Source: Dictyostelium discoideum
Lineage: Eukaryota
Direction: 5' to 3'
Assembly: GCA_000004695.1 (NCBI GenBank)
Contig: CM000151.3
Coordinates: 5,504,001-5,568,000 of the forward strand
Length of the DNA: 64,000 nt
The translations under genes were made by a program, and so were the position numbers. Shown piece after piece: positions 1 through 13,603 of the stretch. The notes under the pieces were generated by a model. It saw only the letters and a list, made by a program, of their open reading frames with translations, did not search any database and was not told where the DNA came from. Every line of letters begins with the position of its first letter. Within the stretch, counting starts at the first letter, position 1.

Positions 1-961
1 TTTTAAAACATAAAACCATTAATTAATAAAACAAATTAATTTATAATAAATAAAATATCACATATTTTTAAAAATCATTATAAATGACAAAAAATATTCG
101 GGATACTATTTTTAACATAGTGGTTTTACTCATTGGCTGTGGGTGTATAATAAATATTTAAATAAAAAAAATAAGAATTTTTATTTTTATTAATTAAATT
201 ATTCCTTATTTAATATTTTGCAATTATGTATTTTTAAATACTAATTAGATTGTTATAAAATTATGTATCCTGTTACATTACGTTCAGAATACTTCGATTG
301 TTATTAAATTGTGTTTCCTCAAAAATATTAAATTAGATTTTTCTCACCCACGTGGTGAATTTTTAATGCCGATTAGAAAAAGTGTAAAACTATAATATAA
401 AAAGAAAACAATAATTTTTTAAAACACAACAATAAATATATAGATTATTAATTACTATTTATGTATATTATTTTCTTTTTTTTCTCATTTTTTTTTTGAC
501 AAATATAATTTTAAAATAAACAAATAGTATTTTTTCATAATTAAATAATTTTTAAAAAAATCTAGATAAATATGTTATTTTATTATAATTAAAAAATTTT
601 TTGGGGTTATTTTTTTTTTTTTTTTTTTTTGATTATTTGTATAAATAAAAAATATAAAGTGTTTGTGCATTGGAATAAAATTACAAAAAATTAAATTTTA
701 ATTCTTTTTTTTTTTTATTTATTTTTATTTTTATTTTTATTTTTATTTTTATTTTTTTTGAGTTTAAATATATTTAAAAAATATATTATAAAAAGGTAGT
801 GATAAAACTTTAATAATACATTATTTTTAGTTTTTTTTTTTTATAATTATTATTATTACTATTATTATTACTCTTATCATCCAACAATTTCAAGTTTGAA
901 AGAATTTTTATTTTAAGGTGATGCTGGTTGTTTGGTTGAAATATTATTATTATTATTATTA

Positions 962-2264
<1,303 letters not shown>

Positions 2265-2677
2265 TTATATCTTGTATATTTTAATTTTTTATTTTGTACT
2301 TTTATAAATTTAAATATTATTTTATTTAGATATTTATTTTTAAAAATTTTAAAAAATAATTCGTCATTATTCATTTTTTTTTTTAATTTAATTTTATTAT
2401 TATTATTTTTTTTTTTTTTTCTTGTCAACCACCAAAAATGAAAATAAAAAAAAAAAAAAGAAAAAAAAAAGAAAAAAATTCAGAGAAGTAATGAAGTTAA
2501 AAAAAATATTTTAAAAAATCTAACGCCAACGGGAAAATAAATATCTAAAAAAACTATTTTTTATTTTTATTTTTATTTTTTTATTTTTTTTTTTTTTTTT
2601 TTTATTTTTTTTTATATTTTTTTTTTTTTTTTAAACTTCATTCTTATATTAATATTAGAAAAATTAAAAAAAAAGAA

Positions 2678-5600
2678 ATGGAAATAGATAATAATGAATT
2701 TGAAATTTCATTTTGGAAAGTTATTCATAATAAATATTTATTCGATAGAATAATTAATTATATTCAATGTTTAGAATGGGTTAATTATGATGATTACAAC
2801 CAATTACATATCGAAAATAGAATAAAATTTAAAAATATTAATTCCCTAAAATGGATGATAAATAATAATCAATTAGAATTATTAAAATATAAAATTAAAA
2901 TAAATGATGAATTTATCAAAATTACTGAAAATTCATTAAAATTATTATTTTCTAATTTTGGTTTTCAAACATCGGCAACCGATGAAAAATTAAATGAAAT
3001 TTTAATTTTTTTATTAAAATATAGAAAAAGAGAATTAGTACCATTCGATTTAGTTGATATTGGTATTAAATGTTTAAATTTAAATGTTATTAAATTTTTA
3101 ACTTCTGAACCTTACTCTTTTCAAATATTTCAATCATCTTTGGAATGGGTAGTAATAAATTCAAATTCTTTATTTTTAAATGAATTATCAAATTTATCAG
3201 ATACAATTTCTCAAACAATTAAAATAATTTCTGAAAGAAATGAAAATGAAAAAAAAATATTAGATTCTATAAATCAAAGTGAATCTAATAAAAAATTTCA
3301 AATTTCAAATTCATCATTATCATCAACAATAACAACAACATTAGATTCTAAATCACCTTTCTCATTTGGTTCATCATTTGGTTCATCAACATCACCAATA
3401 CCACCAAATCCAACAAATACACTTATACAACCAACACCGTCACCACTAGCTTCTAATAGTTCCTCTCCTATATCAACAACCTTTAAACCAACATCATTTG
3501 GGTTTTCTACACAATCACAACCACAACCACAACCACAACCACAACCACAATCACAATCACAATCACAACCACAACCACAATCACAACCAACCCATAGCGC
3601 AACGCCGACAATAGCACCATTTGGCTTATCCTCGCAACCAACACCAACACCAGGTTCTTATAGTTCTCTTCCTGGATCAACAACAACAACAACCTTTAGA
3701 CCAACTTCATTTGGTTTTTCTTTAATTTCACCACAACCAACACCAATATCTGCACCAATTGGTTTTTCAACACAAGCACTATCACAACCAACACCAACAA
3801 GTGCACCAATTAGTTTTTCAGCGCAATCACAACCACAACAACCACAATCACAATCACAATCACAATCACAATCACAATCACAACCACAATCACAATCACA
3901 ACCACAATCACAATCACAACCACAATCACAATCACAACCAACACCAACAAGTGCACCAATTGGTTTTTCTACACAATCACAACCACAGCCACAATTACAA
4001 TCACAATCGCAATCACAATTTGGTAGTTTTAAAGCTGAAAAAGTTATTATAAACCCAAAATTTATTTCAACTTTTTCTCAAGGTTCATTTAGTAATAATA
4101 ATTTTAATAATAATAATATTGACCAATTTATAGAATTAAGTGAAATACTTAGATCATATGATTTAGAGCGTTTTAAAAATTATTTATTAGAAAATAAATC
4201 AAATATGGATAATATTATAATTAAAGTTAATAATCATAAGAAAATGATGGGAGAAAAGTTGGGAAATAATATTGATAGATTTTGTGAATTTATGAAATTT
4301 TATACATCAAATATATCATTTAATAATATGGATTTTGATAGACTCATTCAAAATTATATATTTTCAACATCAACAAATCAAGATGAATTTAATAAAAATA
4401 TTGAAAAAACAATTTCATCAAGTAATACAAGATTATTAAATCTTTTACCAAGTAAATGGAATCAATTACTATTTGATACTTTTAATTTTTGTTTAGATCC
4501 AATTGGAAAAACTTATTTTTCAATTGATAAAAAAGAAACTATAGATTGGATTTTTGAAAATTTAAAAAATCAATATTTTATTCAAAATTTAATTCAATCA
4601 AAACAAGTTGGATTTCTTGATTTCTCATCACTTGAAATAATTAATTATGCAAAAAATAAATTTAATCAAGTTAGTGCTGATATAAATTCAACAACAACAA
4701 CAGCAACAATAAAACCAATCAATAATTTAAATGAATTTTTTACAAATTCAGAAAAAGAATTATCATTTATTTACAGATATTCATTTTTTAAATCAATTGG
4801 TGATTGTAATTTTGACCAATTACAATTTATAACATCATTAAAAATGAATCCAATTGAATGTTATCGTGAAAATAGTAGTAATAAGAATGGTAGTGTTTGT
4901 GGTAGTGATGTAAGAAATGAAAAATTTTTAAAAAGTAATTTAAAGAAACAATCAACTGAAAATTTAATTAAATTAATTGAAATATTAAATAATTGTGATT
5001 ATAAAATCTTTTCATCAGAATTATTTTTTAAATTTCTTTCAATAATTGGTAATCATTGTGAAAATAGTGAATTGCTTTTATCAAAAATTCAATTTTCATT
5101 TACCAATTTAGATAAACATTTTGAACAATATTCTTTAAATATCTTTATGGATTCATTGTTAAATAATATTAATATTATTAAATTATTTTTTAGAAATGAT
5201 TTTAATCCACTTAAATATTTAAATCAAATTAAAAGAAATGGAACGACAGTAATACCATCAAATTTTATTTTCAGTATTGACCATTACCAACCAGAATCAT
5301 ATAATAATAATCATAATAATATTTTAGTTGGTATTTTAAATCAATCAACAACTGAATCATTTGAAATGATAATTGAAATAATTAAACTTTTATTAAATAA
5401 TTTTCAAATTGATATTAAAGTTCATAAACAAAAAGTTGGAATTCAACAACAAAAATCATTAGATGAGCAAGATCCTTTACAAAGAGATATGAAAATGGTA
5501 ATTCCACATTCATTATTAACCAATTTTAATCAATATTTCATTTCATTAGAAATGATTATAAATTATTTATTTAAAAAATTAATTCAAATTAAAGGTTTAC

Positions 5601-5743
5601 CAATTAACAGATTAGAATATATTTATAAAATAATTAAAAATACAAGTGTTGAAAATTTTTCAATAGTTTTAGATCATTCAATTTTTCATTCAATTTATTA
5701 TTTAGCAATTAAATCACCAAAATTAGTTAAATATATAATGTAA
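2678..5743 (+). CDS. Large 1021-aa protein with an FG/GFS-repeat and (SQ/PQ)n low-complexity middle region. Possibly an FG-repeat, nucleoporin-like protein.
   Basis: A single long ORF. Residues 220-450 contain SFGSSFGSS, TSFGFSTQ, APFGLSS, APIGFSTQ x3, APISFSAQ and FGSF, separated by S/T/P/Q spacers, with (SQ)n/(PQ)n tracts. The N- and C-terminal parts are non-repetitive. Confidence 0.6.
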   Translation: MEIDNNEFEISFWKVIHNKYLFDRIINYIQCLEWVNYDDYNQLHIENRIKFKNINSLKWMINNNQLELLKYKIKINDEFIKITENSLKLLFSNFGFQTSATDEKLNEILIFLLKYRKRELVPFDLVDIGIKCLNLNVIKFLTSEPYSFQIFQSSLEWVVINSNSLFLNELSNLSDTISQTIKIISERNENEKKILDSINQSESNKKFQISNSSLSSTITTTLDSKSPFSFGSSFGSSTSPIPPNPTNTLIQPTPSPLASNSSSPISTTFKPTSFGFSTQSQPQPQPQPQPQSQSQSQPQPQSQPTHSATPTIAPFGLSSQPTPTPGSYSSLPGSTTTTTFRPTSFGFSLISPQPTPISAPIGFSTQALSQPTPTSAPISFSAQSQPQQPQSQSQSQSQSQSQPQSQSQPQSQSQPQSQSQPTPTSAPIGFSTQSQPQPQLQSQSQSQFGSFKAEKVIINPKFISTFSQGSFSNNNFNNNNIDQFIELSEILRSYDLERFKNYLLENKSNMDNIIIKVNNHKKMMGEKLGNNIDRFCEFMKFYTSNISFNNMDFDRLIQNYIFSTSTNQDEFNKNIEKTISSSNTRLLNLLPSKWNQLLFDTFNFCLDPIGKTYFSIDKKETIDWIFENLKNQYFIQNLIQSKQVGFLDFSSLEIINYAKNKFNQVSADINSTTTTATIKPINNLNEFFTNSEKELSFIYRYSFFKSIGDCNFDQLQFITSLKMNPIECYRENSSNKNGSVCGSDVRNEKFLKSNLKKQSTENLIKLIEILNNCDYKIFSSELFFKFLSIIGNHCENSELLLSKIQFSFTNLDKHFEQYSLNIFMDSLLNNINIIKLFFRNDFNPLKYLNQIKRNGTTVIPSNFIFSIDHYQPESYNNNHNNILVGILNQSTTESFEMIIEIIKLLLNNFQIDIKVHKQKVGIQQQKSLDEQDPLQRDMKMVIPHSLLTNFNQYFISLEMIINYLFKKLIQIKGLPINRLEYIYKIIKNTSVENFSIVLDHSIFHSIYYLAIKSPKLVKYIM

Positions 5744-5980
5744 TTCCCATATTTATCAGATATTCTAATTGAAGCTCAATTTGATAAATTTAATGACTCT
5801 TGTCTTTTTTCAAGAATTGATAGTTGTTATAATATTGTAAAATATTTAGATCCAAAAATATATAATTTTAATTTTATTTTTGGTGAATTATTACCACAAG
5901 AAAAAGAAGAAAAAGAAGGTGAAAATATTGAAAATTTAATTTTAAAATTAATTTTAGAATTATCACATCAACCAGTTATA

Positions 5981-7084
5981 ATGAGTGATAAATCATTATC
6001 AAATAATTATTATACAACAGGTTTAAATTATAATTTACAATTTTATTTAGATATACATAGAATTGGTTTATTTTTTAAACAACTAGATTTTATTCAATCA
6101 TTATTAGATGATGAAAATTTTAAATTTGGTGATTTTCCAAATGGAATTGTTAAAAACCTTAAAATTAAAAATATTGGTACTTGTGATTCAATTGAATGTT
6201 GTCAACAACAACAACAACAAAATGATAATCATTTAAAACCATTATTAAATAATAGATGTTTTCATTATAAAGATTTAACAATTCAAAAAGCTTCAAAAGT
6301 AATGAACTCTCAACAATTTTTTAAATTTATTAAATTTTGTAATTATCATTCAATATTTTCATTTTTATTAATCTACAACGATGATCTTTTAGAATTTGAA
6401 ACAATTAATCAATTATTAAATCAATCATCAATAATTAATCATTTATTAATTAATCATTATGAACCAAATCAAGATATTGATTATCAAGAAGAATTTGAAA
6501 ATCAAGATGAAATTAAAAATCAAGATGAAATTGAAAATCAAGACGAAATTGAAAATCAAGACGAAATTGAAAGTCAAGACGAAATTGAAAATCAAGACGA
6601 AATTGAAAGTCAAGATGAAATTAATGATAAAGATAAAGTAGAGCCGAGTGAAAAAGATGATAATTCAGATGTTTCAGAATTTTGGTTAGATTTAATTGAT
6701 TATTGTGTATATGATTGTGAAAAGATTGAATTTTTATTTATCAAACATCCAAATTTATTATCCTTTATTCCAATTGATAAAATTTTAGATAGAGTTTTAC
6801 AACCAGGTACAAATTACAATTATAATATAGTTTTAACAGATTTAATAGTAAATCATATTAATAATAATAATAATAATCAAGATAACCCAATCAATTGTAA
6901 AGACATTTTACCATTCTTTAAAATTACAAACCGAATAATTGATGATGCAATTGTTGCAAAAAAAATTTATTATTTAAAATACATTTACGAAAATGGTTTT
7001 ATTGAAGAAAATGAACTTTTGCAATATTTAAAAGATAAACTTGCAAATAATTCAGATTATAAAAATCTAAATTGGTTTAATTAA
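5981..7084 (+). CDS. Hypothetical 367-aa protein with 8 tandem acidic octad repeats (DEIENQ/DEIESQ).
   Basis: ORF with an AAAATG-like start context. A 24-nt period repeat lies at about 6490..6640. It could alternatively be a downstream exon of the 2678..5743 gene, but that ORF ends at a TAA stop. Confidence 0.5.
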   Translation: MSDKSLSNNYYTTGLNYNLQFYLDIHRIGLFFKQLDFIQSLLDDENFKFGDFPNGIVKNLKIKNIGTCDSIECCQQQQQQNDNHLKPLLNNRCFHYKDLTIQKASKVMNSQQFFKFIKFCNYHSIFSFLLIYNDDLLEFETINQLLNQSSIINHLLINHYEPNQDIDYQEEFENQDEIKNQDEIENQDEIENQDEIESQDEIENQDEIESQDEINDKDKVEPSEKDDNSDVSEFWLDLIDYCVYDCEKIEFLFIKHPNLLSFIPIDKILDRVLQPGTNYNYNIVLTDLIVNHINNNNNNQDNPINCKDILPFFKITNRIIDDAIVAKKIYYLKYIYENGFIEENELLQYLKDKLANNSDYKNLNWFN

Positions 7085-7323
7085 TTATAAAAATAAAATA
7101 TTTAAAATTCAAATAAAATAATTAGTGTTCAAAAATTATCTATATCTATGGGTCTTAGATAATTATCTATTCATATCTTTTTTTTTAATAATCTATTTGT
7201 TATAAGTAATTGTATGTTTACATAAAATGGTGTGACAATGGTGTTGAACCCAAAAAAATTGAGATTTATAATAACCCCATGCAACAAATGAGAATGAGTA
7301 CCTCAAAGAGAACCTGATTTATT

Positions 7324-7373
<50 letters not shown>

Positions 7374-7440
7374 GTATTCACAAAGAATCCAATAATTTTT
7401 TTTTTTTTATTTTTTAAATATAAATTTAATCTAATATAAT

Positions 7441-7560
7441 TATTTCTTTTCTTTTTCTTTTTCTTTTTCTTTTTCTTTTTCTTTTTCTTTTTCTTTTTCT
7501 TTTTCTTTCCTTTTTCTTTTACTTTTTCTTTCTTTTTATCTTTCTCTTTTTCTTTCTTTT
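7441..7560. repeat. (CTTTTT)n hexanucleotide microsatellite, about 17 units, becoming degenerate.
   Basis: Seen directly in the sequence. Confidence 0.85.
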
Positions 7561-9344
7561 TCTCTTTTTCTTTTTCTTGGATTTTATTTGATTTTGTTTT
7601 TTTAACTTTAATTGTTGTTGAAGTTTCAGTATTTGTTTTTGAAGTTGTTTTTAAAGGTGGTGGTGGTGCTGCTGCTGGTTGTAATCTAACTATTAACGTT
7701 GAAAAGTTTAGAATATCAGTTGAGCTTTTTTCTTTAAAAATGGATCATCAGCTAAAAAATCATCAATTGAATCTGTAGTTCCAATAAATTTATCTGAATA
7801 TGTTGTTAGTTCTTTTAATTGTTAAATATTGTTGATAAAATTGTTAAAATCATTTGCTGTAATTATTTAAGTTTATCCAATTGAACTTTATTAATGTTTA
7901 CTTTTGCACCTTTGCTTTCGGATACAGTTTTTTTATAATTTTATATCCAACTAGTGGTTTCAAATCTTTATTTCTTAAAAAGGTTGTAATTTTATTTTTC
8001 ATTGGATAATCTATAACATCAAAATCCAATTGTAGTGTGAATGTTGTTTTCATTGTTTATCAAAATAATTACACTATACTTTGAGATATAAGTTATTTCA
8101 AGTGCTTCTTTATCTGCATCTGAATCGGAATCGGAATCATATGCATCACAGTCATCATAAGGATTTTCATGATAACATCTTCTTCTCTTTGATTTGAAAT
8201 AATCTCTTTTTTTGTTTCTTCACTTTCAATTTGAAAATATTGATCAAAATTATAATCACCATTAAATAAATGTTTTTCAAAATCAAAAGTTAGGGAGTCG
8301 CAATCATTCCATCTCTTACCAGGTCATTTTAATTAATTTTGCTTCAATTTCGTTTTCTTTAATACCAAATATATATTTAGTTTAATTTAAAAATGTTTTA
8401 AATTTATCTGAATTTGTATTGAGCCATGATGACTCATTACCAAAACTAATTAATTCTGATGGAATATCAAATACTTTTCTTTAAAATTATCTTATTTTAT
8501 TTGAACTTCTTTTTTTTTTTCTTCTATATTTAACTCTATCTTCAGGTTTTAATAATTGTGGATATTTACTAATAATTCTTTAGGTTTTTCCTAATTTTTA
8601 AATATTAACGTACCATAATCACCAACAACTTCTAATTCTAATTTATCCTTTTCAACTTTTTCTAATTCCATTTTATCTTTATTTTCATTTTCTTCTTCTT
8701 TATTTATTTCTTTATTTTTATCTTTTATATAATTTTTTAATTTTTCAATTGAATCATTATTATTATTATAGGTTACTGTGTCAGATTATAAATCTATCTA
8801 TGCGCCATGACATTAAGAATTCTTTAATATTTATTTATACCTCGATAATAATAACAATAAAAAACAAAAAAAAAATTTTAAAATTTTCCAAAAAAGCAAA
8901 CAAATAAAAAAACAATGTTTTTATTTATAAAAATATCTTTTTTTTTCTTTTTTTTTTATTTTTCACTTAACAATACATTATAAATAGTATTAAAACTATT
9001 AATAATTATGAAATGCTTTATTATTCACCCAATAAAATAGATATTTTTAAATTTCATATGAAAAATAACAAAAAAAATAAAAAAAATTGGGGAAGGGGGA
9101 TATTTTTAGTAGAAATTTCATATTTTATTAATTGATATCTATTGAATATTTATTTAATAAACTATTAACTAAACTTAATGATTTTTCTACATCATTTGAA
9201 TTGAAATTAATTTCTTTAAATTCTTCCAAAAATTTATTATGATTTTGTTTAAGTGTCTAAATAACAAAAATAATTAAAAAATAAAAAAAAAAAATTAGTA
9301 ACCAATTTAAAATATTACAATTTCTATTATTATTGTTATTATCA

Positions 9345-9347
<3 letters not shown>

Positions 9348-9433
<86 letters not shown>
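9348..9433. repeat. (TTA)n microsatellite of about 28 units. It sits immediately 3' of the msh2 stop codon, in the 3'UTR on the minus strand.
   Basis: A pure trinucleotide run abutting the MSH2 stop at 9434. Confidence 0.9.
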
Positions 9434-12287
9434 TTAAATTACATTTGATTCAAAAGATTCCAATTCTTTTGCTTTTTGTTTTGCATTTTCAATAACTTGT
9501 GAAGGGAAATTTGCTAAAATTGCAACATGAATACCAAAACTTTGATCACAAGGACCTTGTTCAACTTTATAGAGTAAAGTAAAAGTATTGTTTTGGGTTG
9601 AAGCTGAAACATGTAAATTTTTAACCATTGGAAGTAAATCTGATAGAATTGTCAATTCATGGAAATGAGTTGCAAATAGACAGAAACCACCAATTTGATT
9701 ACAAATATACTCTGCAATACCCCAAGCTAAACCAAAACCATCATATGTTGAAGTACCTCTACCAAGTTCATCAATAATGATTAAAGAATTTTTAGTTGCA
9801 ACCTTTAAAATGTAAGATGTCTCTAACATTTCTGCCATAAATGTTGAAACACCACGTAATTGACTATCACCTGCACCAACTCTTGATAAAATACAATCGA
9901 CAACTGCAATTGTTGCTTTTTGTGCTGGTACAAAACAACCAATTTGTGCCATTAATACTATTAATCCAACTTGACGAATAAATGTTGATTTACCACCCAT
10001 ATTTGGTCCTAAAATAATAAATAAAAAATGTTAATTTAAATTTATTGTATGAATTAATTATATATATATTTGTTTGTTTTTACCTGTTATAATTTGAAAT
10101 TGGGATTGACCACGAGTTAAATCAATATCATTTGCAATGAAATTAACATTATCTTGAATTTCTACACATGGATGACGACCACCAATAATAACAGTGCCAG
10201 CACCATTTTCATCACTACCTAATGGTATAATCTCTGGTCTAATGAATGGGATTGGTGCAATTGAAGATACATGACTTAAAGTTACAAATACATCCAATGT
10301 TGCAATTAATGATGATAAATCTTCAATCAAAGGTACGAATGAAGCTGCAATTTGAAGGGTTCTCTTTGCAAGACCATCTTGTTTATCCAAGTACTCTGCT
10401 GACCATTTCTTATAGGCTTCATTTAGAGTATCGATTTCTCTAGTGGCAAATCTTACACCATCTTTAGCGGTTGCATGAACAATGTATTTCTTTTTATCTC
10501 TAATTGCAACCTCATCCTTTCTTGAGATTCTCAATAAAAACATATCCTTTTCACTATAATGTAATTTAACTTTTGCTTCATCTAAATTCAAATCATCAGC
10601 AATGTCAACTCTAAATCGTTCGATTTTATTTGAAATTTGATCTTTCTTCAATTGAATACCACGTAATGTCTCATCGAAACTTGATCTAATAACATATTCA
10701 TGTTTGTCATTGGCCAAATCTAAATCGATGGTTTTTTCAACCATTGCACAGAATTTAGCAAAATCTGATATAATAGACTCTAAACTCTCTATGAAATTAA
10801 CTTTAATCAACTCTTGATGTATACTACTATGATTATTCAATGATTGCAATACCACTGGTAATCTAGTGACAATACCATACAAATTGACACAATCCTCCAA
10901 TGTAGCCTTTTGACCATGCAATTTCTTTGATAATCTATCTAAATCACCAATTTTCTTCAAATCATTTGATCTTAAAGATTGACGTAACTCCAAATCATTA
11001 TAAAATGCCTCTACAAAATTTAATCTTGCTTCGATTTCCTCTGCATTTAATAATGGTTGCTTTACCCATTGTAATAATAATCTTGATCCCATTGGTGTAT
11101 TACATTGATTTAATAAATTATATAAACTTTGATCTTTATTTGAACTAGATGATGCTCCACCTGCACCACCACCACCTGCTGCTGCACTAACTGAAGAATC
11201 TTTTAAATCAATAATATGTAAACCTTTAAATGATGAAGAATCTAATTTCATATATCTATCTAAATCATATTTTTCCAATTTGAATTTACCAAAATAATTT
11301 GGATTTGAAAGTAAATCCAAATGTTTAATTAAGCAACTAGCAGACTGAATGGCATGCTCTTGTTCGATATCTGGTAAATTATTTTTAACGGAACCCAATA
11401 AACGAGTTAAATCTTGTTCGGCATTCTTTGAGGAGAAATCTGATTTTGGTAATTCTGTGAATGGTATACCTGCATCTGATAATTTCTCTTTAACTTTTTG
11501 ATAATCATAATTCTTTTGATCACAACATAACAAGCATTCCTTTACACTCATTTGCATTATAAAACTTGAAAGATTCGATAGATTATCATTATCCATAAAT
11601 TGTGAAACACCAATTGTCTTGAAAGTAGCATCACCAAATGATATACCAAATACGATTGAACCTTTCTCTCTTGTGACTTTTAATGCCATCATAACTGATC
11701 CTTCACAATTACCATTCAATAAAACATCTTCAAACATTTGTGTATTACCTGGTGAGCCTTTTTTAATTAGTTCCCATTGTTGTTTACTATTTGGTTTCAT
11801 TGACCAAATTTCAATCTTTTTCTTTTCATCTAATAATTCTTTAACTATATTTTCAAATTCATAACCTTGTCTAATTGTTAATACCGCTAATCCTAATTCT
11901 TGTTGTTGTTGTTGGGATGATGATGCAGTTGTTGTTAATGAACCATCATTATCAATTTTAATTTTCTTTTTTGGATTTGGATCACTAATACTCCAATATT
12001 TTAATGATTTCTTTGATTTAAAATGCATCATTGCTACAAATACTGCATCTTCACCATGAATTGAGTAATATCCCTATGGTTTTTTTTTTTTTTTTTTTTT
12101 TTTTTATTAATAAGTGTTAAAATATATAAAATGAATAAAAAAATATTTATATAATTACTTTTCTATCAAATAATCTAATTGTGTCTGTATCTTCATTAGA
12201 GGATACTAAACTTTGAAAAAATGTAACAAAGGTTTTATCCTCCTTTAATACTACTTGTGATGATTCTTCTTGTTCATTATCTGACAT
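9434..12287 (-). CDS. msh2: DNA mismatch repair protein MSH2 (MutS homolog 2). Three exons: 12287..12159, 12073..10084, 10008..9434. Introns: 12158..12074 and 10083..10009.
   Basis: Exon 1 reads MSDNEQEE...TFVTFFQSL...IRLFDRK, matching the MSH2 N-terminus (GFVRFFQ...VRLFDRGDFY). Exon 2 continues [14 protein letters not shown]...[12 protein letters not shown]...QWVKQPL...[20 protein letters not shown]. Exon 3 begins [28 protein letters not shown] (Walker A) and contains [17 protein letters not shown] and FATHFHELT. Introns have GTAA donors and AG acceptors and keep the frame: exon 1 is phase 0 and exon 2 is phase 1, splitting a Gly codon. Confidence 0.9.
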
Positions 12288-12693
12288 TATTGAAGTTTAT
12301 TTAAATTATGTTTATTAAACAAATAAAAGGGTTTTAATAAAATTAGAATTTATAGTAAATGAAAAAAAATTAAAAAAATTAAAAAAATTAAAAAAATAAA
12401 AAAAAAAAAAAAAAAAAATGAAAAAAATAAAAAAAATAATTTGCGCGGGGATTTATTTATTCATAAAATAATTTTAGTAAGAAATAAAAATAAAATTGGT
12501 TGGTCCAAAAAAAAGAAAAAAATAAAAAAAAAATATTAATAGATTGGAATAAAATTGCCACTAATCTTTCTTTCAAGAAAAAAAAAACCAAAATAAGAAT
12601 AAAATTATTTTTATTTATTTTTTACTTTTTTTTATTTTTATTTTTATTTTTTTTTTTTTTTTTCAATCATTATTTTTATTATTATTTTTATTA

Positions 12694-12820
<127 letters not shown>

Positions 12821-13569
12821 ATTTCTAAAAATAAAAAAAAAAAAAAAAACAAGAAATATAAAAAAAATAAAAAAATAAAAAAAATAAATTAAATCTTGAT
12901 ATTTACAATCTTATTCACAGAAAGACGAAAAAGTGTCTCGGTTAAAGAATTCAATCTTTTTTCTCAAATATTTATTTTTTTTATTTTTTTTATTTTTTTT
13001 TTTTTTTTTAATTATTTTTATTTTTTTTTTTTAATTTTTTTTTTTTCCAAAATTTTTTTTAACAAAAAAAATTTTCTTTTTTTTTTTGCATTCATTATTT
13101 TCATTTTCCCACTACGCAACCACACTCCAGCAAAAAAAAAAAATAAAAAATTAAAAATAAAAATAATAAATTTTTTTTTTTAGTTTAATAGTTCGCACAT
13201 AATAATAATAATAATATCCACACTTTCTCTTGGTCAATTTTCAATCCATTAGAAAGCATTTTTACACATCCTTACATTTTATATATATATAAATACTATT
13301 AGTATCCCATCAATTAATAACTTGGTTAAATCGGTTAATAATAGGTGGCGGAAGTAGTTCCAATAGATATATTATATCAATAAACTTCCTTCGTGGATTC
13401 TTCAAACACTAGAATCCCCATTGTTTTAAACAGTTCTTTTATGCATTGGGGTACAAACAACAGAAGGGCAGTCTCTTTTAATTATACTTTAGCAGGCTAT
13501 TACGCTGATACAGGCATTTCCTAGCATCGTTTTATCAACATTTTATATATATACATTTAATTAACAAAG

Positions 13570-13603
<34 letters not shown>

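Noticed and set aside
3507-4052. Track ORFs 3507..3692 on the minus strand (poly-V) and 3759..4052 on the plus strand (HNHN repeats).
   Set aside because: These are alternate-frame or antisense translations of the (CAATCA)n / SQ-PQ repeat region of the 2678..5743 gene. They have no independent start or stop context.
6459-6641. ORF 6459..6641 on the plus strand encoding a KLKIKTKLK repeat.
   Set aside because: It is a +1 frame reading of the DEIENQ nucleotide repeats inside the 5981..7084 CDS.
13190-13560. Tested the GC-rich island for tRNA, U1/U2/U4/U5/U6 and class I RNA signatures.
   Set aside because: There is no T-loop GTTCGANTC, no Sm site and no convincing snRNA identity. Only a 7-nt partial class I motif is present. 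It is kept as an open finding, not a feature.
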